From positions 124,001-188,000 of the forward strand of contig JAUCBJ010007484.1 in the NCBI GenBank assembly GCA_032718475.1: 64,000 bases of DNA, read 5' to 3'. This DNA is from Nemertoderma westbladi (lineage: Eukaryota; Animalia; Xenacoelomorpha). The translations under genes were made by a program, and so were the position numbers. The notes under the pieces were generated by a model. That model had not been told where the DNA came from. It ran no database searches and was given only the letters and a program-made list of their open reading frames with translations. Shown piece by piece: positions 45,680-57,483 of this stretch (position 1 is the stretch's first letter; every line of letters starts with the position of its first letter).

Positions 45680-48600
45680 GTCGGCGGATAATGCGCGGGC
45701 CGAAATAGGTAAACCGCAACACCCGGCGATGGAGAGTAATAGGGGGATTGCGAGTATCCCCAGCGGCGTGCGATCGAGCAGAGAGAGACAGGTTGACGTC
45801 GCGAGAGGGCGGGCGACGGAACGTCGAGCCCAGTCAGAAGAGAGAAGATTAGTAGAGTTTAACCGAGAGGTCGAAGAAAGAAGGAGTGAAGATAATAGGA
45901 GAGTCGTTGCTAGGGGCAACCGGAGAGCAAGGACGGATAGCGAGCCGTCGATAGAAGAGATGGAGTTAGGGAGCCAGTGGGGTCGAACTTCGGGAGATTG
46001 CCGTCGCCCCGGAGAAACGCACCGCACACTAAGAGAGGGGTACAGGACGTACCGATACGAAGACGAGAGCAGGATAGGGGATCGAAGGGAAACTTCCCGA
46101 CGTGATATAGCTGCCGATCGAGAGTACGGTAGTCGCGGGGAGATTCGAGATTCGAGAAGAATAAACTTCGATTCGGAAGGGCGCATGCAGACTGCAGGAC
46201 ATACTGTAGGCCTTACTGCACATACTATTATAGGCCATGCTGGGAGAGATAGAGTAGGCGATAGGGTAGCGCGGACGACGGGATTAAACCCGGAAGTCGC
46301 GGAGTACATACCGGTAGGTAGGCAAGAAGTGAATAGGCCTATATCAGTACCGGTACAGCAGCATGACTATAATTTCCAGGGACACAACATATATCCAGGG
46401 GAGGGGAGAGTTATTGTAGATAGATGTATGGGCCCCAATACATTAACATCAACCCCAGTACTAAACATACCGGTGGGAGGGGGACAGGGTGACATTCCCC
46501 CATCACAATATCAACAATATACCCCAATAGGAGCGAGAACATCGAACCCCTTGGACGAGAGCAGATCGTGCGACACGGAAATATGGAGGGGGCCGTTACC
46601 CCCAATGATATATCCGACGCAACAAGGAAATCAACAACAGATAGGACGGACGGACCGCACCCAACAGGAGAAACTATACAACATCCATCGAACCCATTAG
46701 AAGCGCAAGCGATGGGAATGGCCACATTGATCGATGCGTTAAAAACTAGGATCGAGTTACCACCTGTGGAACCATTTAAATTCGATGGGAGTAGGCCGGA
46801 AGAATATCTACAGTTTCGGCGCATGTATAGTAACGAAATATTAAGTAAGAACTTGACGCAGGCGGAGTGCCTAAAATATCTGCAAGTATATACAGGAGGC
46901 CCAGCATACGACATCGTGAGGCAATACCAGGGCATCGAGGGCGGCTTCACGACAGCATGGCGGGCGCTAGATAGGGAATACGGGCACCCGGCCAAGATCA
47001 TCCGGCAAACCCTGAGAGGCATAACATCGGATGGCCTACAGGACAATCCCGTTAGCATAAGGACCTTTGCAAACAAGGTCGAGAAGGCGTTAATCGTGTT
47101 AAAGACGCTAGACGCACCATACGAACTCAACGCGTCTAACAACATCACCACGATAGCGCAGGCACTGCCGGTCTGGTTACGAAGGAAGTGGAGGAAAATC
47201 GCTTTCTCCACACGTGAGAAGAAAGGTGCGGAACCGGGCCTAGAAGAGATGTCGAGCTTCCTCAACTATGAAGCCGAATTAATAACAGACCCAGTCTATA
47301 GCGAGGATAGTTTGGGGACAAGCCATAAACCCGAACATAATCCGACGGATCCATTCTCAAGAGTAGGACAATCACTACCACATGCGGCCACACAGGGGAC
47401 TGCTAGTCCACAGTTAGCTGGTAGCAGGGCCACACCGTGGCAGGGACAGAAAGAAAATAACACCATAAATAAACATAATCCCAATATACCCAGTAGGCCG
47501 AGTACAGACAACCAAAACACTAAATCGGTACATATAAACCTACGCGCGATACGTGAGGGACTATACAGGGAACGCTATAATCCAGGATTCGAATGTCAAT
47601 TACATCGGGACGGAACACATAAGACCAGGAGTTGTAAGCACTGGCAAGCGTTGCCCAAACAAGATCGTATAGCCTACACAGACGCAAACGGACTATGTCA
47701 TCGATGTGTGGTAGAAGGACACAGGTCCGGAGAGTGTAGAGAAACAGCAGTTAGAGAGTCCGAGACTGGAGGCCAGGCAATGGCCACAAGCACGACAGAA
47801 GAGGAGAAGAAGAGAAAAGTACTACTCGGGGTAGTACCAGTAAAGATATCAGGAGAGGGCGGTCGATCAGTAACGACATTAATGCTGGTCGACAGCGGAG
47901 CAGCCTTCACGCTGGTGGAGAACTGGGTGGCCGAAGAGATAGGGCTAAAGACGAGGCCGAACAGAATGGCGGTAACTACCGTCTCGAGTAAAGATGAGGT
48001 CCTGGAGACGAGGACGGGGCGGTGCAGGATAGCAGCGATTGCACCGGGATGCGGCTATGGGGCGACGATCGACCCCATCCACGTCATCGAATCGATAAAC
48101 ATCAACGCCAGGCGACCAACCAACATTGAGGTCGAGCAGTATAGATTCCTGGACGGTATCGATTTCTCAATACCAAAGGTGGACGTTAGGAAGGTGTCCA
48201 TTATAGTAGGAATGGACTGCCCGACGGCCCATGAGAGGATGAAGACGGTCTTCGGCGAAGACAGGCAGCGGGACCCGACGGCGATCCTCACGCCGTTCGG
48301 ATGGACGCTTAGCGGCCCAGTTAAAATCAACATCCCATGCAGTGTGACAGAGACATCTGGGTGCATGATACCAGGCACCGAAGACGCAGAGGAAGTAGAG
48401 GAGAAACGAGAGATAGTAGAGCCAGATAGGGAGGTGACAGTAAGAAAGTGGGCAGAGGAGAGTAGGTTTCCCAACAAGCATCGGTATGGAGATGGAGCGG
48501 AGCGGACGGCGAGGTGTCCGGAGGACAACACTCCGGGGGAGTGCCCGGAGGAGTGTCGGGAGGAGTGTCTAGAGGAGTGTCTGGAGGAGTGTCCAGAGGA

Positions 48601-48946
48601 GTGTCCGGAAGAGACGCAGGTCCGGTTTGGAGGCATACCGACAAGGGGGAAGTCGAGAAGGAAGGCAGGATGGAAAGGGATAGGACTATTATTCTACCTT
48701 CTGTTCTGCCTGTTCTTTCACTTTCTATTCATTCTGCCGGCGGGAGACAACAAGGAGAGAGGTGGCATTTTGATGCCAGGAGATGAGCTAGTTAAGAAGA
48801 CGGTGGAGAGACCCAACCTTAGGGTGGTGAAAGAGGGAGAACCAATTCCTGGTGAGATGGAATTGGCGAAGAGAGTGCGGCGAATCCTACAGGACCTACA
48901 AGAGCAGCAGTGGGAGAGTGCCTGTTGGAAGAATCGCCCTAGTTAA
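45680..48946 (+). CDS. gag: E3 gag (DUF1759-like, zinc knuckles) plus protease with an aberrant C-terminal tail (ORFs 45729-46700 and 46568-48946)
   Basis: Near-identical to E2 gag/PR up to TPFGWTLSGP...ETSGCM. It then has (ECPE)n repeats, a hydrophobic segment and remnants of the integrase 3' end. Confidence 0.85.
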
Positions 48947-49074
48947 GAGGTTTAGTCGTCCAATATTTTGGACTGAGGGGGGTGGGAATGAGGGCGAGAC
49001 GCCCTTCCCACAAAAATTAATTATTTAATTTAAATAAATAATAATAAATAATTAAATAATTAAATAATAGTTAG

Positions 49075-49835
49075 TAGAAGTAAGAAGTAGTAGGTAGAAG
49101 GTGAGTAAGTTAGAAGGCGGCGGGGTAAGGGAGTGTGGCATATTGTCATGCCACGAGTAGTAGTAGGGAGGTTGTGGGCACCGTAAGCGCCACGTAGAAG
49201 GATAGTAAGTAGAGAAGTTAGAAGGCGGCGGGGTAAGGGAGTGTGGCATATTGTCATGCCACGAGTAGTAGTAGGGGGGTCGTGGGCACCGGAAGCGCCA
49301 CGTAGAAAGTAGTAAGAGATGGGTTGTGGGCACCGGAAGCGCCACGTAGAAAGTAGTAAGAGAGGGTTGTGGGCACCGGAAGCGCCACGTAGAAAGTAGT
49401 AGGAGAGAGGTTGTGGGCACCGGAAGCGCCACGTAGAAAGTAGTAGGAGAGAGTGGTTGTGGGCACCGCAAGCGCCACGTAGATAGAGGTATTAGTTGAG
49501 GTGAGATGTAGATAGAGTAGAGTAGTAGAGACGGGCACATAGGGTGCCAGAGAGTAGAGTAGTAGAGAGGGCACATAGGGTGCCAGCTAGTAGAGTTAGA
49601 GATAGTAGAGTGTTAGTAGAGTTAGAAAGATAGTAGCAGAGTAGAAGCAGTAGTAGAGTGGTTGTGGGCACCGTTAGCGCCACGTAGATGGAGGTAGAGT
49701 TAGTAAGAGGGTACGTAGTACCAGTTGTGGTTGTGGGCACCGTTAGCGCCACGTAGATGGAGGTAGAGTTAGTAAGAGGGTACATAGTACCGGTTGTGGT
49801 TGTGGGCACCGTTAGCGCCACGTAGATAGAGATAG
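49075..49835. repeat. Tandem array in the E3 3' region
   Basis: Repeated GGTTGTGGGCACCG(GA/TT/TA/CA)AGCGCCACGTAGA with variable spacers. Confidence 0.9.
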
Positions 49836-50953
49836 AGTTAGTTGGAGGATTTTAGTCAGAGTTAGAAAAGAGTTAGTAGACTTAGCAGAAAGTTAGAGAG
49901 TTCTAGTTAGAGTTAGTAGAAAGTTAGAGGCTTTTAGTTAGAGCTAAAAGTAGTAAGAGTTAGCAGAGAGCAGAGTTAGTAGTTAGTAGAGTTAGATAGT
50001 TAGTGTTAGTAAGTTAGATAAGGTAGATAGTATGATAGCACAGGGGTAGCATAAGAGATTAGGGCCTTAGGGAGTGGCAGAGAGTAGAGAGGAGATAGTG
50101 AGAAGAGCTGTTGGCGAGAGAGTGCGATTCAGGTGTGGGGAGAGTGTAAGAGTGGGGAGAGAGCGAGTTGAGTTAGAGAGCGAAGTTAGAGTGGCGAGAG
50201 TGTTGGGGAAACAAAAATTGTGTGAGAGAAGCGCACGATCGGCCCGACACGAGACGCCAGAGGGTAGTGACATCATACCCATAGGGAGCGGCCTGGAAAG
50301 CCGACTCCAAGAAAATAACCCCACCCCACACCCGATAATAGATCGAGTTCCAGCGGAATTGTAGCGCACTTTAGTTGGATGCTATCTTCTTACCGGGAAG
50401 ATAGCATGGGGGGAGTGTTAGCTTATCCAATTCCGCTAACACAAACCCATAGAGTGAGCCATTAAGCAATATTGGGAGCACGAGGTTGATTACCAATATC
50501 AACCTCGTGTTACCCCAATAAAGTGGGAAGGGAAGGAGAAACACACAATGGAGGTCAGGGGCCAAACCCCTAACCCAAAGAGAACAGGTGGAGTGAACGG
50601 GAACACTCCAAAGGGCGCCAACAGGGGTATCAACCAATCAGAGGGGGGAAAGGCATCGATTAGGTACAGCAATAAGGCCACCATGCAATATAACCAGTTA
50701 CCAGTAATCATACCAGTCAGTTATCCCAGTATCGTATTGGTGCTAGTTAAGTTAGATAGTTTAGCTAGGGAAGGACCGGGACTTTAGTTACCGTATCCCG
50801 CCTTCCGTGTACAACAACCTATATCTATATCTTATTAGACTGATCATTATATACACCGAACATCAGGACTCATTTTACCCTTTACACACGGCGGGGACGC
50901 GTGAACTAAACATCGGATAAATCGGGATCCCTCCTGGATCCCGTCACAATCGG

Positions 50954-51520
50954 TTTGTTATCGTTCCACCGCAGGAAATTACGTAGGGTCATAACGTGAT
51001 GAATGAGACGTTTCATCGAGGAGGTCCGCTCTATGAGGAGTCACAAGGAGGCGGATGGTTGCTCGGTGGTTGCAACATTATAGTGCCTGCCCGAGTCCTT
51101 TGCAGGCTCAGTCAGGCAACTATAGATCTCCACGGTGGCGCTCCCACGGACCTTGCGGATCTCCTTATCATCCTCCGAGTATTTCCCGCTATCTAATTCA
51201 GGATCAAACCGGGTGCTCCAGGTCCGTTGCGGTTGCTTTAGGAACTCCAGGCCCGTAAGCCAGAGTTTACTCTTGCCGAGCTGTCGTGGGGTGGCGCCTC
51301 GGCTCGCTAAGTCCGCCGGGTTCTCTTTCCCATTTACATGATGCTACTGTTCTCGATTGGTGCACTGTTTTATCTCCGTGGCCCGGTTTGCCACAAACGT
51401 TGTGTGTCATTGTGATGGTGAGTGGAGGTAGTAGAGCACAATACTGGAATCAACCCAGAAATATTGAGATTCAATAGAGATCCTCAGGTTTCACATAATC
51501 ATGCGGTTTTGTCTTACGGC
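50954..51520 (-). pseudogene. pol: BEL/Pao RNase H region, continuing the 36378-37847 pol across E3
   Basis: Manual translation YFWVDSSIVL...FVANR...NGKENPADLASRG...WLTGLEFL...SSMKRLI...NKP joins IVQLSVQEL at 37847. Confidence 0.88.
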
Positions 51521-51522
51521 CC

Positions 51523-52190
51523 ATGTTCGCGGTATTTCAGTTTTTCATAACGCGAGTTAAATATTTTTCGGATTTATTTATTATGAATATTCCAATATCG
51601 GCACTGGGTGCGGGAACATGGAATTTGGGTATATTCAATGGACTGGGGGCGATTTACGGGCGAATATTGGGGCAACTTATGGGGCACGGTTCTCATATCA
51701 GATATTTAAGGGCCAAGGGTGGGAGGTAAAATCAAGCAATACTTTAGGTATCAGGTTCGCCTGGTACTTAATTAGGCCTAGCCAACCTCCTACTGCCTGT
51801 AGTGGTAGTTTTGGTAACCCGCTTGTAAAAGCTTTTGCAGACATAACAAGTCATTTTTACGCAATGCGCAGAATACTCTAAAATAGCCCTAAATTTATCC
51901 AACTACGCGACGGGAAGGAATTAGAACCAAGATGACGAAATCTCTCAGCTGATTCTTTGTGGACGTGGAATTTCTTTGTTCTGTCTTATTCAGCCAATCA
52001 GAGCAAATTTCTCTTTATGTCTAACAGAAACCTATGGAAACTCGTGCAATACATTACGGTCTTTTTTTCTATTTTCTGAGCATCAGAACCAACTCAGAAT
52101 TTTCTGTGCTTCTGTGCGGAAGTTTCAGACTTTGGCCTAGGAACATCAGATGGCTTTGGTTATGAGAACGTAAATCTATTATCCTAACCT
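51523..52190 (+). mobile_element. LTR related to the E1 LTR (right end uncertain)
   Basis: Starts TGTTCGCGGTATTTCA; aligns with the reverse complement of ~16820-17134 with moderate divergence. Confidence 0.7.
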
Positions 52191-52196
52191 GCATCA

Positions 52197-52353
52197 TACC
52201 TACCTACCTACCTACCTACCTACCTACCTACCTACCTACCTACCTACCTACCTACCTACCTACCTACCTACCTACCTACCTACCTACCTACCTACCTACC
52301 TACCTACCTACCTACCTACCTACCTACCTACCTACCTACCTACCTACCTACCT
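52197..52353. repeat. (CTAC)n microsatellite
   Basis: Perfect tetranucleotide run. Confidence 0.98.
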
Positions 52354-53344
52354 AACTGCCTCACCTAACTCAACTCGCACCACTGAACATTTCATAATTG
52401 CATAAGTAACACATACTGACTGTTCACCACATTATTTTACTTCTGTTTATAGTATTAATTGTTGTTATATTGATGAATACTGATGTTATATTTGGAGAAT
52501 ACCGATAAATAATCATAAACCCCTCAATCTTCTTGATTACTGAGGTAAGAGGAATAGAGTTTACCGGTAGCAACTGCTACTTAAATTATAGTGGTTTTGT
52601 GTGAATTAAATGCTATTTCATAATCCCTACATGTGTCAGTTGCGATCCTCCTTATATATGATCAAATTCAGTGACGGTCGGCAGATTAGTGCGAACTAGT
52701 GTAAAGTAGTGTGAAGTAGTGTGAAGTCGTGTGAAGTAGTGTGAAGGTTAATAAAGCATCTCCTAAAGAATGCGCTATTTACGAAACTCTGTGGCCATCT
52801 AGTTGTGATTAGTATAAGTCATAACTCTGTTTTTATACTTAAAGCGCCACGTCCTAAAGGAACTGTTAATATTTCCCTGAAAGTAAATATATTTGTCAGA
52901 GATTATATAGTAGCGATCAATCAAATAATACAGTAGGTCTACACTGCAATAACTCCCAAGGAATCCGAATCCAGTCTCCCACACTGTGGGTCATATGCCG
53001 CGCACGGACTGGCTTCGGCTGATGTAACTTCAGTACACTAGGTAATTGGTAAAGGCTAAAGTCGATTTATAAACAAGAGGACAACTAAAATTGGCAGGTT
53101 AAACTGCTAAAGGTCTAAAAGCGCGAACAATAATAGATTTTCAGTTTCTTTATTGCGCCGTAGGCAATAAAGTCGAATGTACCGGTCGGACGGTAAGCTG
53201 TAGGCCTAAACACCCGAACCGGTACTTACAGGTACAGCAGTATTATTTCGATTGTGATAATTATATACCGGTAGGTCTTCAAATTTAATCAGGGACTGCA
53301 GCCCTGGTTTTTATTGAGATTTTACTTATTTCTGTCAGTTTTAT

Positions 53345-55665
53345 TTATCTGTAAGTGTAATATTGAGCATTGCCCTGGGTCTATAGTAATAGTGTTAACC
53401 GAAATTCTGTCCATCTTCAGGATTTTATCTCTGGAAATGGATTATTTTTGGCTGGAACCCAGTTCAAGAAGCGAACTGGAAAGCTATGGACTCATAGTGG
53501 ACCCAGTGGTCACAAGTCCCAGATAGACCATATTCTGTTTCGTAGGAAATACAGGAGCTCTATACAAGACTGTAATGCATTTACACTTCGACCCTTCTCC
53601 AGTGATCACCGCCTTATTGTGGCCAAGGTAAGACTTAGTCTGTGTGCTAGCAGAACAACGAAATCTGCATTGCCGCGGCATGACTGGTCCTCTCTGTTGC
53701 AACAGCCAAGTGTGAGAACCAGCTTCACACTACAGCTGAGCAACAGGTATGAGGCTCTTGCCGCTGAGGCAGAAGATCACTGTGAGGGCTATACTGCCTT
53801 TACAGAAGCAGTTAAGTTAGCAGCTGCAGAAACAGTTCCTGTATACCCTCAAACAGGAAAAGGGCCCCCTGGACTGACAACAAAATTCAGAAGTGCCGAA
53901 ATGACCTTCATAAGGCGCGGAAAGAGTCCCGACTCAAACAGACTACAGCGGCCAAGAATGCAGTTAAGGCTGCATCTAGGTCCCTGAACAGGCAGTACTC
54001 TGTTAATCTACAGGAGCTAATAAACCAACAGGTTGATGCCATCAATGATGCTGACGACAGCAGGCAATCATCCCAGGCATGGAAATCGATCAATTTTCTT
54101 ACTGGGCAGAAAAGCCAACCAACCACCAAGGTTAAGGCTGAATCACCAGCCGATCGCCTCAATGGTTGGAAAGCCCACTTTGAAAAGCTCCTCAATAATG
54201 ACAGGGTATTGCCTGATAGATTTATAGAAGTAAAAGTGTCTGAGTCTGTACTCCCAGATATTTTCATTGGCGATATCTCCTTTGCAGAAGTGAAGGCTGC
54301 TGCAAAGAGCATTAAGACCAATCATGCCAGTGGAGTAGATGGTGTTCCCCCTGAGGTCTATATACCTGAGTGTTTAAAGCTCATCAATCCCATCATAGTA
54401 GACATGTACCGAACAACAAGAGTCCCACAAGAAATGAAAACAAATAAGTTGGTGCCAGTTCCCAAGAAGGGCAACCTAACACTCTATGGTTCTTTTCGGA
54501 GAATCTCATTGATCTCGATTGCTGCAAAGCTATACAATAGGATTCTATTAAATCGCATCAGGGATCCCATTGAGAGACTGCTCCGTGGAAATCAGAATGG
54601 GTTCCGTAAAGGTCGTGGGACCATGGAGCCCATTTTGGCGCTTAGAAGGATAATATTATTTGAAGTGTTATGGGGCGTCCTCCAAGGAGACACACTTGCA
54701 CCATTCTTGTTCATTATTGTGGTTGACTATGTTCTATGCATGTCCTTAGATCATCATAATGATGATGGGGTGATGATAACTCCACCTACTGGCTCCAGAA
54801 GTCGAGGAAATCCTGCCAAGTACCTAACTGATCTAGACTTTGCTGATGACTTAGGAGTACTCTCAGAATCATTAGAGGGAGCCCAACGGCTCATCAGCTC
54901 ATTAGAACATGCTGCTTCTAGTGTTGGTCTTTTTATTAACTCCAGAAAGACCAAAATGTTGACAGTTAACTTTGAAAGTCCTCAGCAAGTCTCTGATCGG
55001 ATGAGCATAAGCTCAAAGGATGGTATGCTTGAGCATGTGGACGACTTCTGTTACCTGGGATCATGGATCCGGAAGTCAGGTGAGGACCTTCGAATACGTA
55101 AGGGAAAGGCATGGGCAGCCTTGAATAGGCTTTCCAGAATTTGGAAGTCACCGTTAATTAATCGGAAACTTAAGGTCCGATTATTTAGAGCAGCAGTAGT
55201 TCCAGTACTCCTCTACGGGAGTCCATGCTGGGCTCTAACTGCTGAGGACACCAAATCTCTGGATGGCACATTCACAAGAATGCTACGCCGGGTTCATTGT
55301 GTCAAGTACAATGCACACATCTCCAACCAGACACTATATAACATTGGAGGTGTCTCATTGGTTCCCCCAAGCTTGACACTAGAACAAAATCGCCTCCGCT
55401 TTGCAGGACATTGCTTTCGCCGTGAGGACCAGCCAGTGCATAATCTTGTACTTTGGCAGCCTCATGGAGTGAATAAGCATGGTGGACAGCCCATGACTTT
55501 CTTGAGACCCATCTTAAAGGACACTAGCCTTGAAGATGCGGATGATCTAGCAAATGTCATGGGTGATAGGGAGTTGTGGCGGTGCAATTTTGTTGACAAG
55601 CCGGCACAGCATTCTTAAAAATGCAGCTGCAATGCAGCATGCCGATCCTAGTAGTAGTAGTAGTA
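53345..55665 (+). mobile_element. 5'-truncated RTE-clade LINE (APE C-terminus plus RT), frameshifted and internally deleted
   Basis: WTHSGP..SQIDHIL..SDHRLIVAKVRL; VPVPKKGNL, QNGFRKGRGT, GVLQGDTLAPFLF, DLDFADD, FCYLGS, LLYGS..W, RLRFAGH; (AGT)n tail at ~55650-55664. Confidence 0.92.
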
Positions 55666-56263
55666 TACCACATCTTCAACTTATAGCTGCTCGTCCTATT
55701 GCACAATCACTCCTACTGATTCCATACTATCTCACATAAGCTTGATATTCAATATCAGTACTAATCATTTATTGGTTTTCTGCTTCTGTACCAGTGTCTC
55801 TCATTGGTTGATTGTTCCTGTATCAGTGTCTCCCTCCCTTTCTCCTATTGGGTTATACTGCTTCCAAAACTTCACCCAATAAGAATTATTATTTTCCAGC
55901 ATTTTGCTTAGCTATAAATTTAAAATTTTTCATCTCTTGTGATTTATAATTTCTCCTTTATTGATAAAACTAACAAATTATTGTGTTGAAGTTATCAGAG
56001 CTGAAGATGTAATGATTTAATAAAGGTATACAACATCAGAGATTAATTAAAGCAAGTAAGTTGTAAATAGAATGAATATATCGTGCTATTCCAGGTCATT
56101 CCTTATTCGGCCTTCCAGGACTCGATTACTCAAGTACCACAGCCTTTATGTGCAACACAGACCAGCGGCTTGTAATGAAATCTGTTTCTGAGATTGTTTC
56201 AGTTGTGGAATCCTTATGAAGTCGATATTGCTCTATGATGTATAATCAGTTTCTCTTGTGTTC

Positions 56264-56372
56264 TTATTGTATATGTGGGGCGAGCCACGAAGTTGGCGGA
56301 GCCTTAGCGAATTGACACTGTTAGGGGGTGGGTCAATTTATGCAAATAGTTGTCGTCGTCGTCGTCGTCGTT

Positions 56373-56414
<42 letters not shown>

Positions 56415-56811
56415 GTCGTCGTTACGATTTTGACATGCTAATAACTTTGTCGGATTTAAAGCTGCCAAGTTGAAAATTTGTAGGTATCAATATGAGCAAA
56501 AGTTGAGATTTTTGAGACACTTTCAGTCACCATCAGTGCAATGGTCTCCCGCTAGAGGGCCACATGTCTAAACATTAAATGCCCTCCCATTTCTTTGCTT
56601 TTAATCCGTTTAAGCTGAAACTTGGCAGATATGTATTAGACCATTAGCTGTGACTTTCAAAGGAGGCGAATCCATCTGCAGTTCTCCAGTCTGCCGCTAG
56701 AGGGCCAACGTGACTATTTGCATAAATTGACCTACCCCCTAACAGTGTCAATTCGCTAAGGCTCTGCCAACTTCGTGCTGCGCGAAGTCCCCACTTCGTG
56801 TCTCACTTGTA
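56264..56811 (+). mobile_element. Non-autonomous Helentron/MITE-like element with (GTC)n microsatellite
   Basis: 65-bp subterminal inverted repeats 56286-56350 / 56713-56777, (GTC)n at 56351-56421, 3' hairpin CGAAGT-CCCC-ACTTCG, end CTTGT. Confidence 0.8.
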
Positions 56812-57483
56812 TTCATGTATTTGATTCACTTGCCTCTGATAGAAAGTTATATTGCATATGTTGTCTTGTATTGTATTACTTGGTTATACTAATGTTTAGT
56901 AGATTGCCTCGGATTGTTACTTGTTGTATTGCATATCTGTTGTTTTGTATCGTATTACTTGTTTATACTAAAAGTTTAAGGGATTTGCCCCAGAGAATAT
57001 CACTTAAATTGTTGTATTGCATCTTTCGTTTTGTATCGTACTTGTTTATGCTAATGTTTGTAGTGGAACTCCACTTAGTTTTGTTTCATATTACCTGTTT
57101 ATGTACATTATACTAATGTTTTAGTAGATTGCCTCAGATTATATTACTTTGTTTTACGTTGTGTACAGATTATGTTGTATTGCATCCGGATCGCTTGTTT
57201 CTCGTTTTGTTGTGTCATACCAACAGTATGTCTAGATCTAGGTCGTGTTCGTTGCTCAGTGTACGATTAGTTTATGTTGTTCAGTTTTATAACAAGTTTA
57301 TGTTTCTTTCACACTATTTGTATTGTAGGACATTTGAGTATAGTGGCGCTTATCATTAGGTAACTGAATTTAACAATGTCGATAATAATATATGTATATA
57401 TATTGGCAGAAAACTTATTATCTAACAGATAAAATATTATATTATTATTATTACGTTTTATTTCAGATTAATAAAGTCCATAT

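Larger units (their letters stand above)
37848..50948 (+). mobile_element. Internally deleted (non-autonomous) BEL/Pao element E3, related to E2
   Basis: LTRs 37848-38376 and 50416-50948 (about 4 substitutions; the 5' LTR lacks the terminal CACA); TSD ATCGG at 37843-37847 and 50949-50953; PPT GGGGGGAG; gag and protease present, RT/RH/INT core absent. Confidence 0.95.

Noticed and set aside
50074-50364. 96-aa ORF before the E3 PPT
   Set aside because: The homologous E2 region has a stop and a frameshift; better explained as a conserved cis-acting UTR.
56258-56473. Arg-rich protamine-like ORF
   Set aside because: Translation of the (GTC)n microsatellite within a transposon.
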